Source: Schmidtea nova (lineage: Eukaryota). From it: a stretch of 64,000 bases of DNA. The notes under the pieces are model-generated. The model worked only from the letters and a program-made list of their open reading frames with translations, had not been told where the DNA came from and did not search any database. How positions within the stretch are numbered: position 1 is the first letter of the stretch; every line of letters starts with the position of its first letter. Positions 50,401 to 61,689 of the stretch are shown in pieces. The DNA is taken from assembly GCA_044892505.1 (NCBI GenBank), contig CM097884.1, positions 17,856,001 through 17,920,000 of the forward strand, in the 5' to 3' direction. The position numbers were made by a program, and so were the translations under genes.

Positions 50401-52405
50401 CTTCGAAGTTTCGAGATAATTGCTATACTTGTCCTAAGTGGCAATTAGAATTGTTGTATTAATAAATTTTAGTCATTCAATACCGTAGCGTTATTCGCTG
50501 TCTCTTTCTGGAAGAAAAAATAGAGAAGAGGTTCTTTCTGAACTGAAAGCTGTTTACCAACAAGAGTGCCCATCCACAGCAACAATTTATCGTTGGTTCA
50601 ATTACTTTCAGAGTGGTAGAACCTCCGTGGTGGACGAAGAAAGATCTGGAAGACCCTCAGAAATTGATGAAAAAATAACGCAAAAGCTGCAGACAATCGT
50701 GCAAAACAAGAGAAAAATAACGACGAGAGAGCTCACAACCCGTCTAAATGTGAACAAAGGAACTGTGCATACTCTCCTCATTGAAAGTGGTATTCGAAAA
50801 CTATGTTCCCGTTTTGTGCCACGCTTCTTAACGGTGGAAATGCGACAACGACGCTTGGAATGCTGCTTGGAGAATCTGCAGATCAGGACCAATGTTGGAG
50901 ACCATTTCATTGATAATATAATCACTGTGGACGAGACAACCTTGTCCTTTTATGTCCCCGAATCTAAAAGAGAGTCTCAAGAATGGAAACTGCCAGGTGT
51001 AAGCAGCTCACTGAAAATGCGGTCCTCAACTTGCCATCGAAAGGCTCTCATGCTGACAGTTTTTGGGACGCCAATGGCATTATTCTGACTGACTTTGCTG
51101 AATCCGGCGTGAAGATCAATAGTTCTTACTACTCCAACATCGTGCAGCAAGCACGGAAGGCACAACACAAGAGCAGAGTGTCTGATCTCTATTTTTTACA
51201 CGATAATGCTCCCATCCACACCAGCAGCGTTTCCATGGCCAAAATTGAGCGTTGCGGGCTCAATTTGCTTCCCCATCCACCATACAGCCCCGATTTGGTT
51301 CCCTCCAAGATTTTCGTGTTTAAAAATCTTAAGAAGCATCTGCGGGGCCATGTGTTTGCGGAAAAACATGATTTGAGAGCAGCCGTGGAGAGTTTTCTGG
51401 GAGAAAAGCCTCCAGAATTCTTCAAAAACGCCTTCGAAAACCTCGTTATTCGCTGGGAAAATTGTGTCAGTGCAGAAGGAAATTATTTTGAGAAATGGTG
51501 CCTATATACCATGCTTGTTCTAAATACAAAGTTTTGTGTTGATATCTTAAGTCTTTCTATTTTAGTCCCACGACTTATTGGGCGCACCACGTATATAGAC
51601 AATTTTAAACATTTAATTGTTTTTAACATTTAATAATTAAAAAAAATATTATTAAATGGAAACAGGTTTGTGAGGTCCTTAAGCATTGTTTGCTTCTGTT
51701 GCCTCATTGTTACGCCGCTAATTAGACCTTTTGTCTAATCTCCACTGAACATATATCATTTGTCAATAATACAATAGCACATTTTGCATATATCATAACC
51801 ATATCATTGATCATATCAGAACTGAATCAAATTAAATAATATACGGAAATATTGCATATTATTTATTGATTAAAAGATTACTAAAATAATTATGCCAATT
51901 TTATACATAAAGGTAACAAAATTAAATCTTAGTAATAAAAAAGTTTTAAAAAAATATTATTTGCTTATTTATGTAATAAATAACATATGATAACGACAAT
52001 TTTAATTGTAAGCTTTAATTCAAATCAAAAATTGTACTTCTTTTACATTTACAAAATATGTCATTAAAATAGATTACGCTTACTTATAAACAGAATTTAA
52101 GTTGGAATAATCTGATTTTTCCTCCTTTAAGTGCTTCTAGAATACGAAATAAGTAACTTAATAAACTTATTTCGAAAAATATTGTAACATAAAATTTTTA
52201 TTAAAATGTTAATAATTATTATTGACTTTTGAACTTAATTTAAATTCACTTAAAATTCAAGATTATCTATATTTTATTATAATACCTTTTGTACTAATGG
52301 TATTAATTGTTCCGGTAAAACTTCAGGGGTAAAAATAATTGTTTGTGATTCTCCATTTGCATTAGGTATTGCTATCAGATATTGATGACTATCATCAAAC
52401 GACAT
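30676..52405 (-). CDS. CREB: CREB/CREM/ATF1-family bZIP factor. Predicted exons 52405-52286, 52136-52084, 42542-42211, 39153-39020, 36403-36111, 31282-30676 (1539 nt, 512 aa)
   Basis: bZIP KRKEIRLLKN-R/EAARECRRKKKEYVKCLENRV; Q2-like ALLHYSKQTQDSQNTVLIP; KID remnant Y-K/KILENL. All junctions are GT-AG with matching phases. The KID and bZIP introns fall at the positions known from vertebrate CREB1. Confidence 0.85.
31886..34760. repeat. Intronic satellite: monomers of 243/179/178 bp built from GGTCAGAATTTATATTAAAT-like subrepeats, with a 600-bp higher-order period
   Basis: Monomer starts (GACTTGGATTTT) at 31886, 32129, 32308, 32486, 32729...; identical ORF-track hits at 32270, 32870 and 33470. 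Confidence 0.95.
34983..35570 (+). pseudogene. N-terminal fragment of a MULE-like transposase (WRKY/FLYWCH-type Zn finger)
   Basis: KVYYRCNVVKRR*QQCDAGLYIF...NEGHSH, then PKKIMEIL and ELEKWC-like sequence. Confidence 0.6.
41314..41566. mobile_element. hAT-derived MITE
   Basis: TIR CAGGGGTCGGCAA / TTGCCGACCCCTG; 8-bp TSD TAATACAT/TCATACAT. Confidence 0.9.
43032..43148. repeat. 117-bp near-perfect palindrome (MITE-like)
   Basis: TAGTATATTTTGTGTACAC...GTGTACACAAAATATACTA, arms about 52 bp. Confidence 0.85.
44585..44640. mobile_element. Decayed hAT (Buster-like) element end
   Basis: AAAGAGCCACATGCGACTCGCAGGCCGCAGGTTCCCGACTCC resembles hAT subterminal sequence; partner end not found. Confidence 0.4.
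47416..47462. repeat. (TA)n microsatellite
   Basis: Read directly. Confidence 0.95.
48805..51591 (+). mobile_element. Mariner (DD34D-type) transposon, defective, interrupted by a non-LTR insertion
   Basis: 38-bp TIR CGTGGTGCGCCCAATAAGTCGTG...; TA TSDs. Transposase from ATG 48963 contains YRWF..F..G, ITVDET, LHDNA and HPPYSPDL; the third Asp is lost. Confidence 0.95.
49041..50474 (+). mobile_element. 5'-truncated non-LTR retrotransposon of the REL group (R2/NeSL/R4-like): RT thumb, CCHC and PD-(D/E)xK endonuclease
   Basis: YTPKEKGGTG; CRRC..PHVINHC..KHN; RPDIII..DIKCPFD; after a frameshift KYRLLA..SLGTW..SRMTYDLH. AATAAA at about 50461. Flanked by a 63-bp direct repeat. Confidence 0.9.
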
Positions 52406-52595
52406 TTAAGGTTAGTTTGAAATCTAAATCAAATATTGCTATCAATGTTCACCTTCAACATTTACGAATTTATTACGTACACTTTTATTACCAATTAATT
52501 AAAAATAATTCATTAATTATTTTTAATTAAAAAAATTTTAAAATTGTATGCTTTATTTTTACTTACATGTATTTTAAAAATTAACCACTCTTAAT

Positions 52596-52650
52596 CAAGA
52601 TGGCTGTCACGTCATAACAATCTTGAGGACGTCAATTTGGCGTCATAATT
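52596..52650 (-). promoter_or_regulatory. Putative CREB promoter: three CRE half-sites (TGACG) and a YY1-like GCCATCTTG
   Basis: CGTCA at 52610, 52630 and 52641; GTAAGT donor at about 52561-52566 suggests a 5' UTR exon. Confidence 0.4.
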
Positions 52651-52869
52651 TTCAAGGTTAAATCTTCATTTAAACAAGTCTTGAAATAAACTTGAAAATT
52701 TTGAAATCAATTATATGGAAATTTTTTAATATGAAAATATTTAAATATGGAAATTTTAAAAATATAATATTAGTTAATTAGTAATTATAATAATAACGAA
52801 AGGTTCTAATAACTCAAGGGTTTAGAAAAATTGGGTAAAGTGTCTTAAGATAGAGTAAATAATTGCGAA

Positions 52870-55100
52870 ATAATTTTTTTATGAATTGTTATAAATTGAA
52901 TGAAAATTAGGTCGAGAATTGCCAAAAATAATTAATTTTAAAAAATCGAAATTGTTGGTGTTATGGGTTATTGTGAAATTACTGGTGGGTTGTTGACCGT
53001 CAATATGACCTTGACGTTACTATGGCTCTCATCAACAACACAACATACAAAACATTAGCTTAACCATCCCGTTGCCCGTCACAGTGTAACGTTGGTAATG
53101 CAACAAATGGGTGGGTATTCGCAATCAGTGAGCGTCGCAAATTCGAAACTATGATTGACCGAATATCTCCTGGGTCCAAGGGCTACCGATAGAAGGTTTA
53201 ATGTCCATTTATGTCCCTTATGCAGCATCAATTCTTAATCTGCTGCGGAAAAATTAAACGACTCCTATACTGAAGAAATCAACCATATCGTCGTAATTTA
53301 TCATGGAAGTCAAGTGCGAGTCACTAATCAGCATTTCAATTTACGTCAACGGGAGCGAGATGTGTTTCTGATTACTGTAAAAGTTTTTGCAATTACTAAT
53401 TTCCATGTGTTGGGCAAAAACTGCAAATTGTTTTAATAAAGCAATAACCCCATAAGTAGAGAGCGCGCAAGATTCAATTTTAACCCAAACACCCATTAGA
53501 AACCGAAGCGATTGAGTGAAAAACGTCAAAAAGGTGAAGTGGACTCAAGCACATCAATCAGTAGAGAAAGCGCTAGCTGTAAATTTGCAAGTCCTTACAA
53601 TAAAACCTCTAGAGAAATTAAAAGTTGTCAAAAGAAGAATGTTTGAAAGTTTGAATAGGCGGAAAACCCATTGAAAATGCCCATAAAGAACAGAATTGTG
53701 TCATAAAACTTCGGTGCAGAAAAAAATTAACAAAACTTTAGAAGTGAATTGTGATTTTACCATAAAATTTCACATTAAAGATAAAAAGAACTAATTTTGA
53801 TCGAAATATAGCAAATTAAACCAAATTGAATAAATTCTGATTCAAAAATAAAAATTTTGGATTAAAATAAATCAATTATAGTTTATAAAAAATTATTACG
53901 TAAAAATATGGATTTAATTTTGCGGAAAATTATTAGAATTAATTTTTAGAAATTAAAAAAGAACATTCTAGAACAATTTGTTTTACTGCACTAGTGAAGG
54001 TAACACACAATCGATGGTATATATACCGCCATCAAAATGGCAATAATCAGAATTTGTGAGAATTTTATGAAAGAATTTTTTAAAATTTTAATTTTGAAGA
54101 ACTCGAATTTTCCGGAAAAAGTTGTAAGTATCATTCTTTTGTTCGGTGTGGGGTCATTGAACATCATGCCCCTTCAATTACCCCGTACCCAGTATTATTT
54201 TATTATTGTTAATTTTATATTATTGATTATTATTCTTATATTATCATCATCAATTTTAATTATTATCCAAAATATTAAATGAAAGTTGTTTTTCTTTGTT
54301 TTTCATTATTTGAATTTAATCATGTCATAAATTCCCAGATGTAACAAAAATTGATCTTATAATAATAATTATTGTACCAAGATAAAAGTAATAATTCTTT
54401 TTTTCTTCAATACCCCCTGAAACCTGGTGGGTTGGAAGTAGCCTGAGCGAATCGCTGGTTTGATTCGTAATCGATCAGCCCATATTTCCGAGTTCAGGTG
54501 ATGCGCCCAAACATCCATGATCACTTCATCCCAACTGGGGATCAGTGGCTTGGCCAAGGGCAAGGTGTTATATTAATGATCTAAAATTTATAGTAGTGTA
54601 GTTTATTTGATTTATATTTTTTTTTAACATAATGAGCACTTAAAACCTAATACTACATAAAAACGTAAATGTCAATTCATCCATCAATGTCTTTTCCATT
54701 ATATAATTTAATTGTACAAGAATATTCTACTCGTCATTCGCCTTCACTCTCGCTACAATTGTCATCTTATCCGAAAACACAAGTAAAATAGAAGCTAAAA
54801 TTGAAAAGAGAATCGTTTGAAATAATGCTCAAAGCTGATATAATGATCACGAAATGAAACGAATTATGAAGACAAGTATTGATTGATCTGAATTAAACCT
54901 CATTCATTATCTAAATAATTTTCTCTAGTGAACCTTGTTTTCGGGAGCCTGAAGTTCTTAAGTGAAGTGTCTCGAAAATTTCGAGCGCACTTTGGTTGGG
55001 AAATTCATGTTCGAACGAAACCAAAATTCACCTTACTTGATGTCGAAAACCATTCTTTGAAAATTTTATAATTTATTTTAATTTAATTTTCATTTAGTAT
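52870..55100 (+). repeat. Non-coding interspersed repeat family, copy P (blocks A-B-C)
   Basis: 52982-53215 is highly similar to 63660-63890; 53450-54565 aligns to 61870-63064. Confidence 0.75.
54435..54565 (+). ncRNA. Candidate structured RNA element (unidentified) within the repeat family; homologues at 62937-63064 (+) and 14741-14882 (-)
   Basis: Compensatory stem changes across three copies; the length differences break any shared reading frame. Confidence 0.4.
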
Positions 55101-57073
55101 ATAGAATTTTTTTAGATTGAATTCTTATTTGGATTGCGAAATTCATGGATAAAAATTTATTATTACGTAGATTTCGTTTTTTGATCATAAAAAATAAAAA
55201 TTTACTTTTTATTATATTGCGAAAAAATTTATAATGAAAAAATTGTAAACCAAAAATTTTCCTAAGAGTTTGTAAATCAAAAATTATATTGAAACCCATG
55301 AAAATTATAAATCGAAAATATTGTTATTATATAAAATTTTTTTATCATTTTATAAAATTCCAAATTCGAAATTTCATAGGAAAAATTTACGATTAATATA
55401 TATATATATTCTTAAAATATAAAAATTTGAATTCAACAAATGTATATTATAAAAATTAGAAATTTTATTTAAGATTTGTAAAAATTATTATAAAAATTAT
55501 TATTATTATTTTAATTCTGAAAATATTTTATATATAAATATATTATTTTATAAAGTACCCCCCACGATATCACACAAGTCATATTACATCCATATTTGCA
55601 AAACAATACATCCATTCCATTCAATAACACCATCCATACTAATACCACATGCAGCATTTGCTTAAATACAACACACACACATACACTACCACATTTCAGT
55701 CTATAGGATCTTCTATGCTAAATAATACAATAAACAATACATCCACTCACCAACATACACAACGTGATTTCATCTAACAATATCCACTAGCATCATACAT
55801 CCAGACAATTCCCACAGATATTCATATAATCCCATCCATTGTTTATAGCCTATTACCGCAGTATCATTCCCAACATACAAACACACGCAATCACATAAAA
55901 TCATAACAATAGGGCATTCATTTCAAACGTACTATAAAACATACATACACACATCTCCGAACTTATTTCAATTTGTTTCACCAAACCACAACGTACAACA
56001 TATCCATGCAAGAAATGTCATAAGAATTCGCAACCCCGTTATTTACAAAACTCATCTGAACTATCGGCTAAAAATCCAGAATCCCCAATGGTTTTACTTT
56101 GTACTAAATCATACATGCTCACCTCACCGGTAATTTTAAAAGTTCCTATCAATTGTATTCATTATTTATAAAGTGGTTACAGTGTACAATAAACTTTACC
56201 CAGTAGGATAATGTAATCTCCAGGATTTACGATAACAAACCTCAAATCAGATCAAAGTGTAAAAAATTAGATCTAAAACGATCTAAAACTTCAAACGGTA
56301 TGTTGGCGTAGGATGAAATACCTACCAAATTAATGGCAAAATAATTACACCAAATGAATATTAAAGAAAAAGGTAGCAATAAAATTTGAAACAGTACAAA
56401 TGAAAAATTGAAAAATTGTGAACTTGATTTTTTTTAATACAATTTAACAAAAATTTGATACCAATTAAAAATTAAAAAATTGAGAACCCGATTTTTATTG
56501 ATAAAATTTAACTGAAAAATAAAATGTATTTTCCGAAAATATACCGATCGAATTTAATAGCCACGACAATTGTAGTGGTCTAGAAGGTCGATATTGAAGT
56601 TTTCCTCAAAGTATTAAAGGAACATGGTCTGCCTCAAACTTTCACTTTATTCAGTGATATTAGATTTTCAACAGTTCATTTTAATGACGAGTTAACTCCA
56701 AAAACAATCAAAGCACTAATAATTGAAGCTTCAGAATGGTTTTGAAATCATATACAGTGAAAATCGAACTTATCATGATATATGTGCTCAATTATCTTAA
56801 AATTGAGAAATTCCAAGTCAAAACAATTTGAATAATTTAACCATAAATGTTTTTCTCAAAACTTTATATATTTGATAACTTGATTGTGATGTTGGCTGAT
56901 TTGGCGTTTCTGAATTGTTTGAGTTGTTTTTTTTTATTTACTTTTATTTACTTAAAAATATGGTGTTTGTTTTAATATTTCTTTGGAATTAAATTCTTTT
57001 CCTTGAGTTTAAAATTTGTTTGAAATACAAATTCATATTAACTCTTGTTTTTATATTCTTGGATATAATATTG

Positions 57074-58000
57074 ATGATTTCTTTCAAAATTTATTTTACA
57101 ACGGTCAGTTTTATTTTACTACTGTTAATTTTTGGTTCATCAACTGGCTTGTTTATCAAACCCTGTCCAAGTGTTTATACACCATATTTGGAACACTTAA
57201 TATTATGCGAGAGTGGTGGATTAGATGGAATACCAACCGACCTTCATGAAGAAACATTAAAAGTTATTTTAGTTAGACATAAATGCTCTCAAACATTTCT
57301 CAGTCGGCAAAACCTTTCCAAATTCACAAAACCAAAATATTCGTTTGAACAGTTGTCGATACGCCTGAGTAATATTCAGATTATTCGTTTTCAAACTTTT
57401 TATGACGCGAGTGATTTGGATTTTATGGATCTATCAGAAAGTCAGAAATTGTATATTGGTAACAGAGCTTTCGACAATTTGAAATCAAAGCACCTTGAGC
57501 TCGATTTAGTCAGTAATTTAGAATTAAGCGAAGACACACTTCAAGGGTTGTTAGTAGCATCTCTGTCAATTGAAAAAAACCAACTCCGAGCAATTCCTTG
57601 CAGATAAATTCAACCACTGTCCCGTGAATCGCGAGCTCTGTTTTTATCGAATAATAAATTGATGAGTTTGATCTCGAGATACGATTCGGTATTTCGACAA
57701 ATAAACATTCTTGATCTCCGTGGCAAACCATTCATCTGTTCATGCAACATGCTATGGCTGAGAAACCCACCAAAAATGGTGTCAGAAGTGGGATGGGAAT
57801 CTCGTATTCGTCGAGCCGCCGAATAGAAAATGCAACATACGCTGGGCCGTTGGTAAAGTCAGCGGAAATCATTACTCAACCAACGTGGAAGTCGATGGCC
57901 CTCCGAAACACGTCATTCATCTTTAAAGGGTCTCCAACTGTGATGATATTACTGAACGAACAGAACTGATAAGCGACAGGGACCGAGATGATTCAGAATT
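57074..58000 (+). pseudogene. Intronless secreted/surface leucine-rich-repeat protein, disrupted
   Basis: Signal-like MISFKIYFTTVSFILLLLIFG; LRR-NT CPS..C; LRR units; in-frame stop at 57605-57607; then LFLSNNKL and LRR-CT LDLRGKPFICSCNMLWL. Confidence 0.75.
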
Positions 58001-58439
58001 TATTAGTGTAGTTTCACCAAGAACGAGAAGAGAGCGCCGACCACCAGAATAGACGAAAGACTATCAAATTGATCTTAAGATCACGGGGGCATGAAATGAT
58101 GCAGTTTCTTGTGCGTCATGATCTATGACATCATAGGTTAATGGCAACGTAATATTTTATTAAAAATTACGTCGCAGTTCTTCTTCAAGATATAAATAAT
58201 TGTGTTTTAAATAAATACCATGATTCTTCCATTTGTTTTTTAGCAATTGATGCTCAGAATCATTACTCAATTTATAAAAACACGTAGAATAAAGTATTTT
58301 ACTCATAAAATTCGGGTTTTCACTCAAAAAGATCCTACTTTATTAATTATAATACCTATTTCAATTTAGAATGATAAAATCATAGAGGAATATTTAGTTT
58401 AACTATCGAAAATTATCTGCATATGTGTTGCAACGTCAG

Positions 58440-59640
58440 GGATCACAATCCCTTTCAATCAAATCCTATCACACGCAAATTCTACTATCACAAACATACA
58501 ATTCAGTTTTGAAACACCGAAAGTAGAAATAAAATACCGTTTTTAGATACCATGGTAAATTTCAAAAAAGGCCGAAATATACTAAATGTAAACACTGAGC
58601 TATTTTCTAAAAGTTTACATAGTGGTCATATCCTCCCACGGAAAAGCCACGTTCCACTTTAACGCAAAATCGCATTACTAATATGAGATAGAAAAAGAGC
58701 CATAAGAAACTGTTCAAGCGCAAACAAAATACAAGAAACATTAGAAAACTTCAAAATACTATTCCTCCAAAATGGATATCCTGAAGAATTTGTAAAAAAC
58801 ACTTCCTTAACGAACCATACCCATATAAACGCAAAAATTAGAAACACCAGAAACACAATAACAATAGCAAACACACAACATATCTAAGATTACCCTGCTT
58901 AACCCCTTTACCGTGGAAAAAAAACTTTGTTTGTAATGCAAACCGTGTATTTATTTCTTTCATAATTTGATATGTTATGTTTTCCTGGCAAAATAAAATG
59001 ATTTTTATGTGAAAATGAGTCGTTTTTTAGAAATTGTGAGGAAAATAAGAAAAACCTGAATTGTTGTACTTTTTTTAAAAAGAATTGCACTGTTAAGCCC
59101 AACAATTTGTATGACGAGTTAACTCGTGACACATGGTAAAGGTGTTAAATGACACTACAGCCAATAAAATCACCAACATTTTTAACCTAACAAATTTGCC
59201 TATCTACATCCGTCCTACTTTCATAACCTCTGAGCCGTTAAAATCACAACTCCAAAAGCCACCAATTTCCAACATCTCCAAACATAAATGTCTTTGCCGT
59301 TCCACAACCAGATAATTTTGCTTTTCCAAAAATATAGTATATAAACTTTCTTGTCAAAAATATAACGCTACTTATATAGGAGAAACACATAGAACTTTTC
59401 GCATCCGACTTAATGAACACATTAAAAACAAAACCAGTAATTATTACGAACAATGGGAAAAAGTAAATAAAACAACTCCACATATAGAAGAAACAAAATG
59501 CTAGATGCTACAAGAGGGATTCAAAAATTCAATACAAAGATTAGCTTCCGAGACTTTTTACATCAAAAAATACAAACCATCCATCAACATTCGATTTGTA
59601 CAAAAAACATCATGTTTAAAATGAAAATTAAAACAAATTT
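58440..59640 (+). mobile_element. Penelope-like element fragment (RT C-terminus and GIY-YIG endonuclease)
   Basis: PFLD-like motif, NGYPEEFV, and VYKLSC..YIGETHRTFRIRLNEH. Confidence 0.8.
58903..59144. mobile_element. piggyBac-type MITE inserted in the Penelope fragment
   Basis: TTAA TSDs; TIR CCCCTTTACCGTG / CATGGTAAAGGTG. Removing it restores RLPCLNDTTANK. Confidence 0.85.
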
Positions 59641-60429
59641 ATTTTCATCCAATAAAATCATTATAAAATATAAAATAAATAATTAAGGTTAGTATTTAGA
59701 ATTAAATTAATATAACGATTGTAATACACAGTTGATAAAGGCTGTGCCGAAATATCCAATGCCTTCTTGAGGCGTTAATTTCGCATTATCACGGTTTTCA
59801 TCGACGCTTGAGTAAACCACGTACATCTCATCTCCTCAATAACATCCGCTTGATTAACAACTTTCCGTCGGAGCGCTTTCGCTATATTCCTGGATTCAGT
59901 TCCTCTTTCGGCTTCTTTCATCTGCAATCATGAGATAAATATTGATAACAATTATGTTTATTATTTCCTTTAAATTTCATAAGCTGACCATGAAGATTTT
60001 ACTACTCTCTTCACTTCTATCCATTATTCAAACATTCCTAACATATCATCCTTAGTCATTCATTTCTCGATCCACACCAACACTCTTCTGCCTTTATGTT
60101 TCCTATACTTTTCATATCCATCTCTACTTATGAGGCATACAATTGCTGCATCAAACAATCACATCCACAAAAATTAGCATGAAATGAAATGAGAATAATT
60201 ATAATTAACAAATACAACGATAATATTAATGTAAATTGGAAAATCCTTTTTACTAATGAGAAAACAAATCAGCCTTCAGCAATCAAATCATAGAGGATCC
60301 ATAATCCAGCCCAGGGAGTATTCTGCCTAATCTTTCAGAATGCCTGCTTGACTGTAGATATTGGGATTCGGCGTCCAAGATAGATATTATTCTTGGATAG
60401 ATATACCTCTTGGAATTGATGCCTCGAGT

Positions 60430-60903
60430 TCAGGTTGACTTGCCCCTCCACTCCTCCTCGAATTCAAACTGGAGGTTGGGGTAAACGATCGCCTCGATTG
60501 TCTGGAGATGTCGTGGTGAAGCTAGTAATATATATCCGACTCTATTCAATTCTTGGATACTGATTGACTGTCCATAAATGATCCATCGGGTAGTGCCCTT
60601 CTCATCTCGCAGTTCCACAAGCCATTTGGGTCTAGCGGTATGCTGTTCTTCTTCAGGAAGGAACCAATGGGGTCGACCCTCCCATTGTATGTCGTAGTTC
60701 GACTGCTCCCATAAGCCAAACAGGGCGGGTTTCTGGAATTCGTGTTTCCATCTCCTCATATAATCATTTACTGTCCGGCCCACGGACGAAGGAAGTTCCT
60801 TCACTGTCGAATACGCTGGTTTGTGGACTTTTCTGTCTCTAAAATAAACGATTCTCTTGATCAACCCTATCCCTGGTTTCTTTCCGTTTTGAATAATCGG
60901 CAT
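60430..60903 (-). CDS. Unidentified 157-aa ORF, probably part of a decayed coding region spanning about 59700-61560
   Basis: GC-richer open frame with protein-like composition; no motif recognised. Confidence 0.35.
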   Translation of the reverse strand: MPIIQNGKKPGIGLIKRIVYFRDRKVHKPAYSTVKELPSSVGRTVNDYMRRWKHEFQKPALFGLWEQSNYDIQWEGRPHWFLPEEEQHTARPKWLVELRDEKGTTRWIIYGQSISIQELNRVGYILLASPRHLQTIEAIVYPNLQFEFEEEWRGKST

Positions 60904-61689
60904 AGATCTATAATTTTGATTAAACTGAATAAAATAGTCATTTCCCCTTACTAATGACTTTAAATTTAATTTGTGCGCGCCTCAAATCTTTCTCTGTTAT
61001 CACAAATTTTGCTCAATACCCAACAATAACGTCTTATTCAAATAAAAATAATCTTAATAATATACAATTTTCCATGATTGGTTATTGATTTGTTGATTTA
61101 GCCTACTGATTAAAAGTGCTCATCAATGTCTACTAATAAATAACATTCAACTAAATAAACAATTCCATTTGTTAGTACCTACTCAAAATATTCTGAATTC
61201 ATTGATATAACTATTATTATGAATAAAAATGAGTCCCGGAAAGGCGTCTACATTCATAATACGTGTCATCATCCGCATTCAACATTCTATCCTCATCACT
61301 ACATCCACATTCATTATGCTCGAATTGCTTCCAATTCATTATTCTATCATCATCTCTATATCTGCATCAAATCCGACACGGTATTCAACAAACAATTGCT
61401 TTGTGATTCGCATTTACAACTTCTTTTATGTGAATTACAATTTCATTCAAAATAACCTTTTATCAAACAAGTGCACCGTGACATTCCATCGTGCGCTGTA
61501 TTTGGATGGTTCAACACTATTAAATAATGCGTGTATTCACTTTTTGCACGTTTTAATTGATTGATTAAAACAATCAAAATTAATTTAAATTCTGTTTTCC
61601 TTCCTTTCTCTGTTATTTTTTCGTTATTTAAATGGGTATTTGTTCTACAATGTTTAATAAATTATTTTCTTTATTCAAATACCAATTAT

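Noticed and set aside
54510-54565. U1 snRNA similarity (CCATGATCAC...GTGG...AGGGC.AGG)
   Set aside because: No 5' ACTTACCTG, no Sm site, and an insertion within what would be loop I. Weak 5.8S and 7SK resemblances were also too short to accept.
61219-61564. His-rich plus-strand ORFs
   Set aside because: Likely the complement of a decayed Asp/Glu-rich minus-strand frame.
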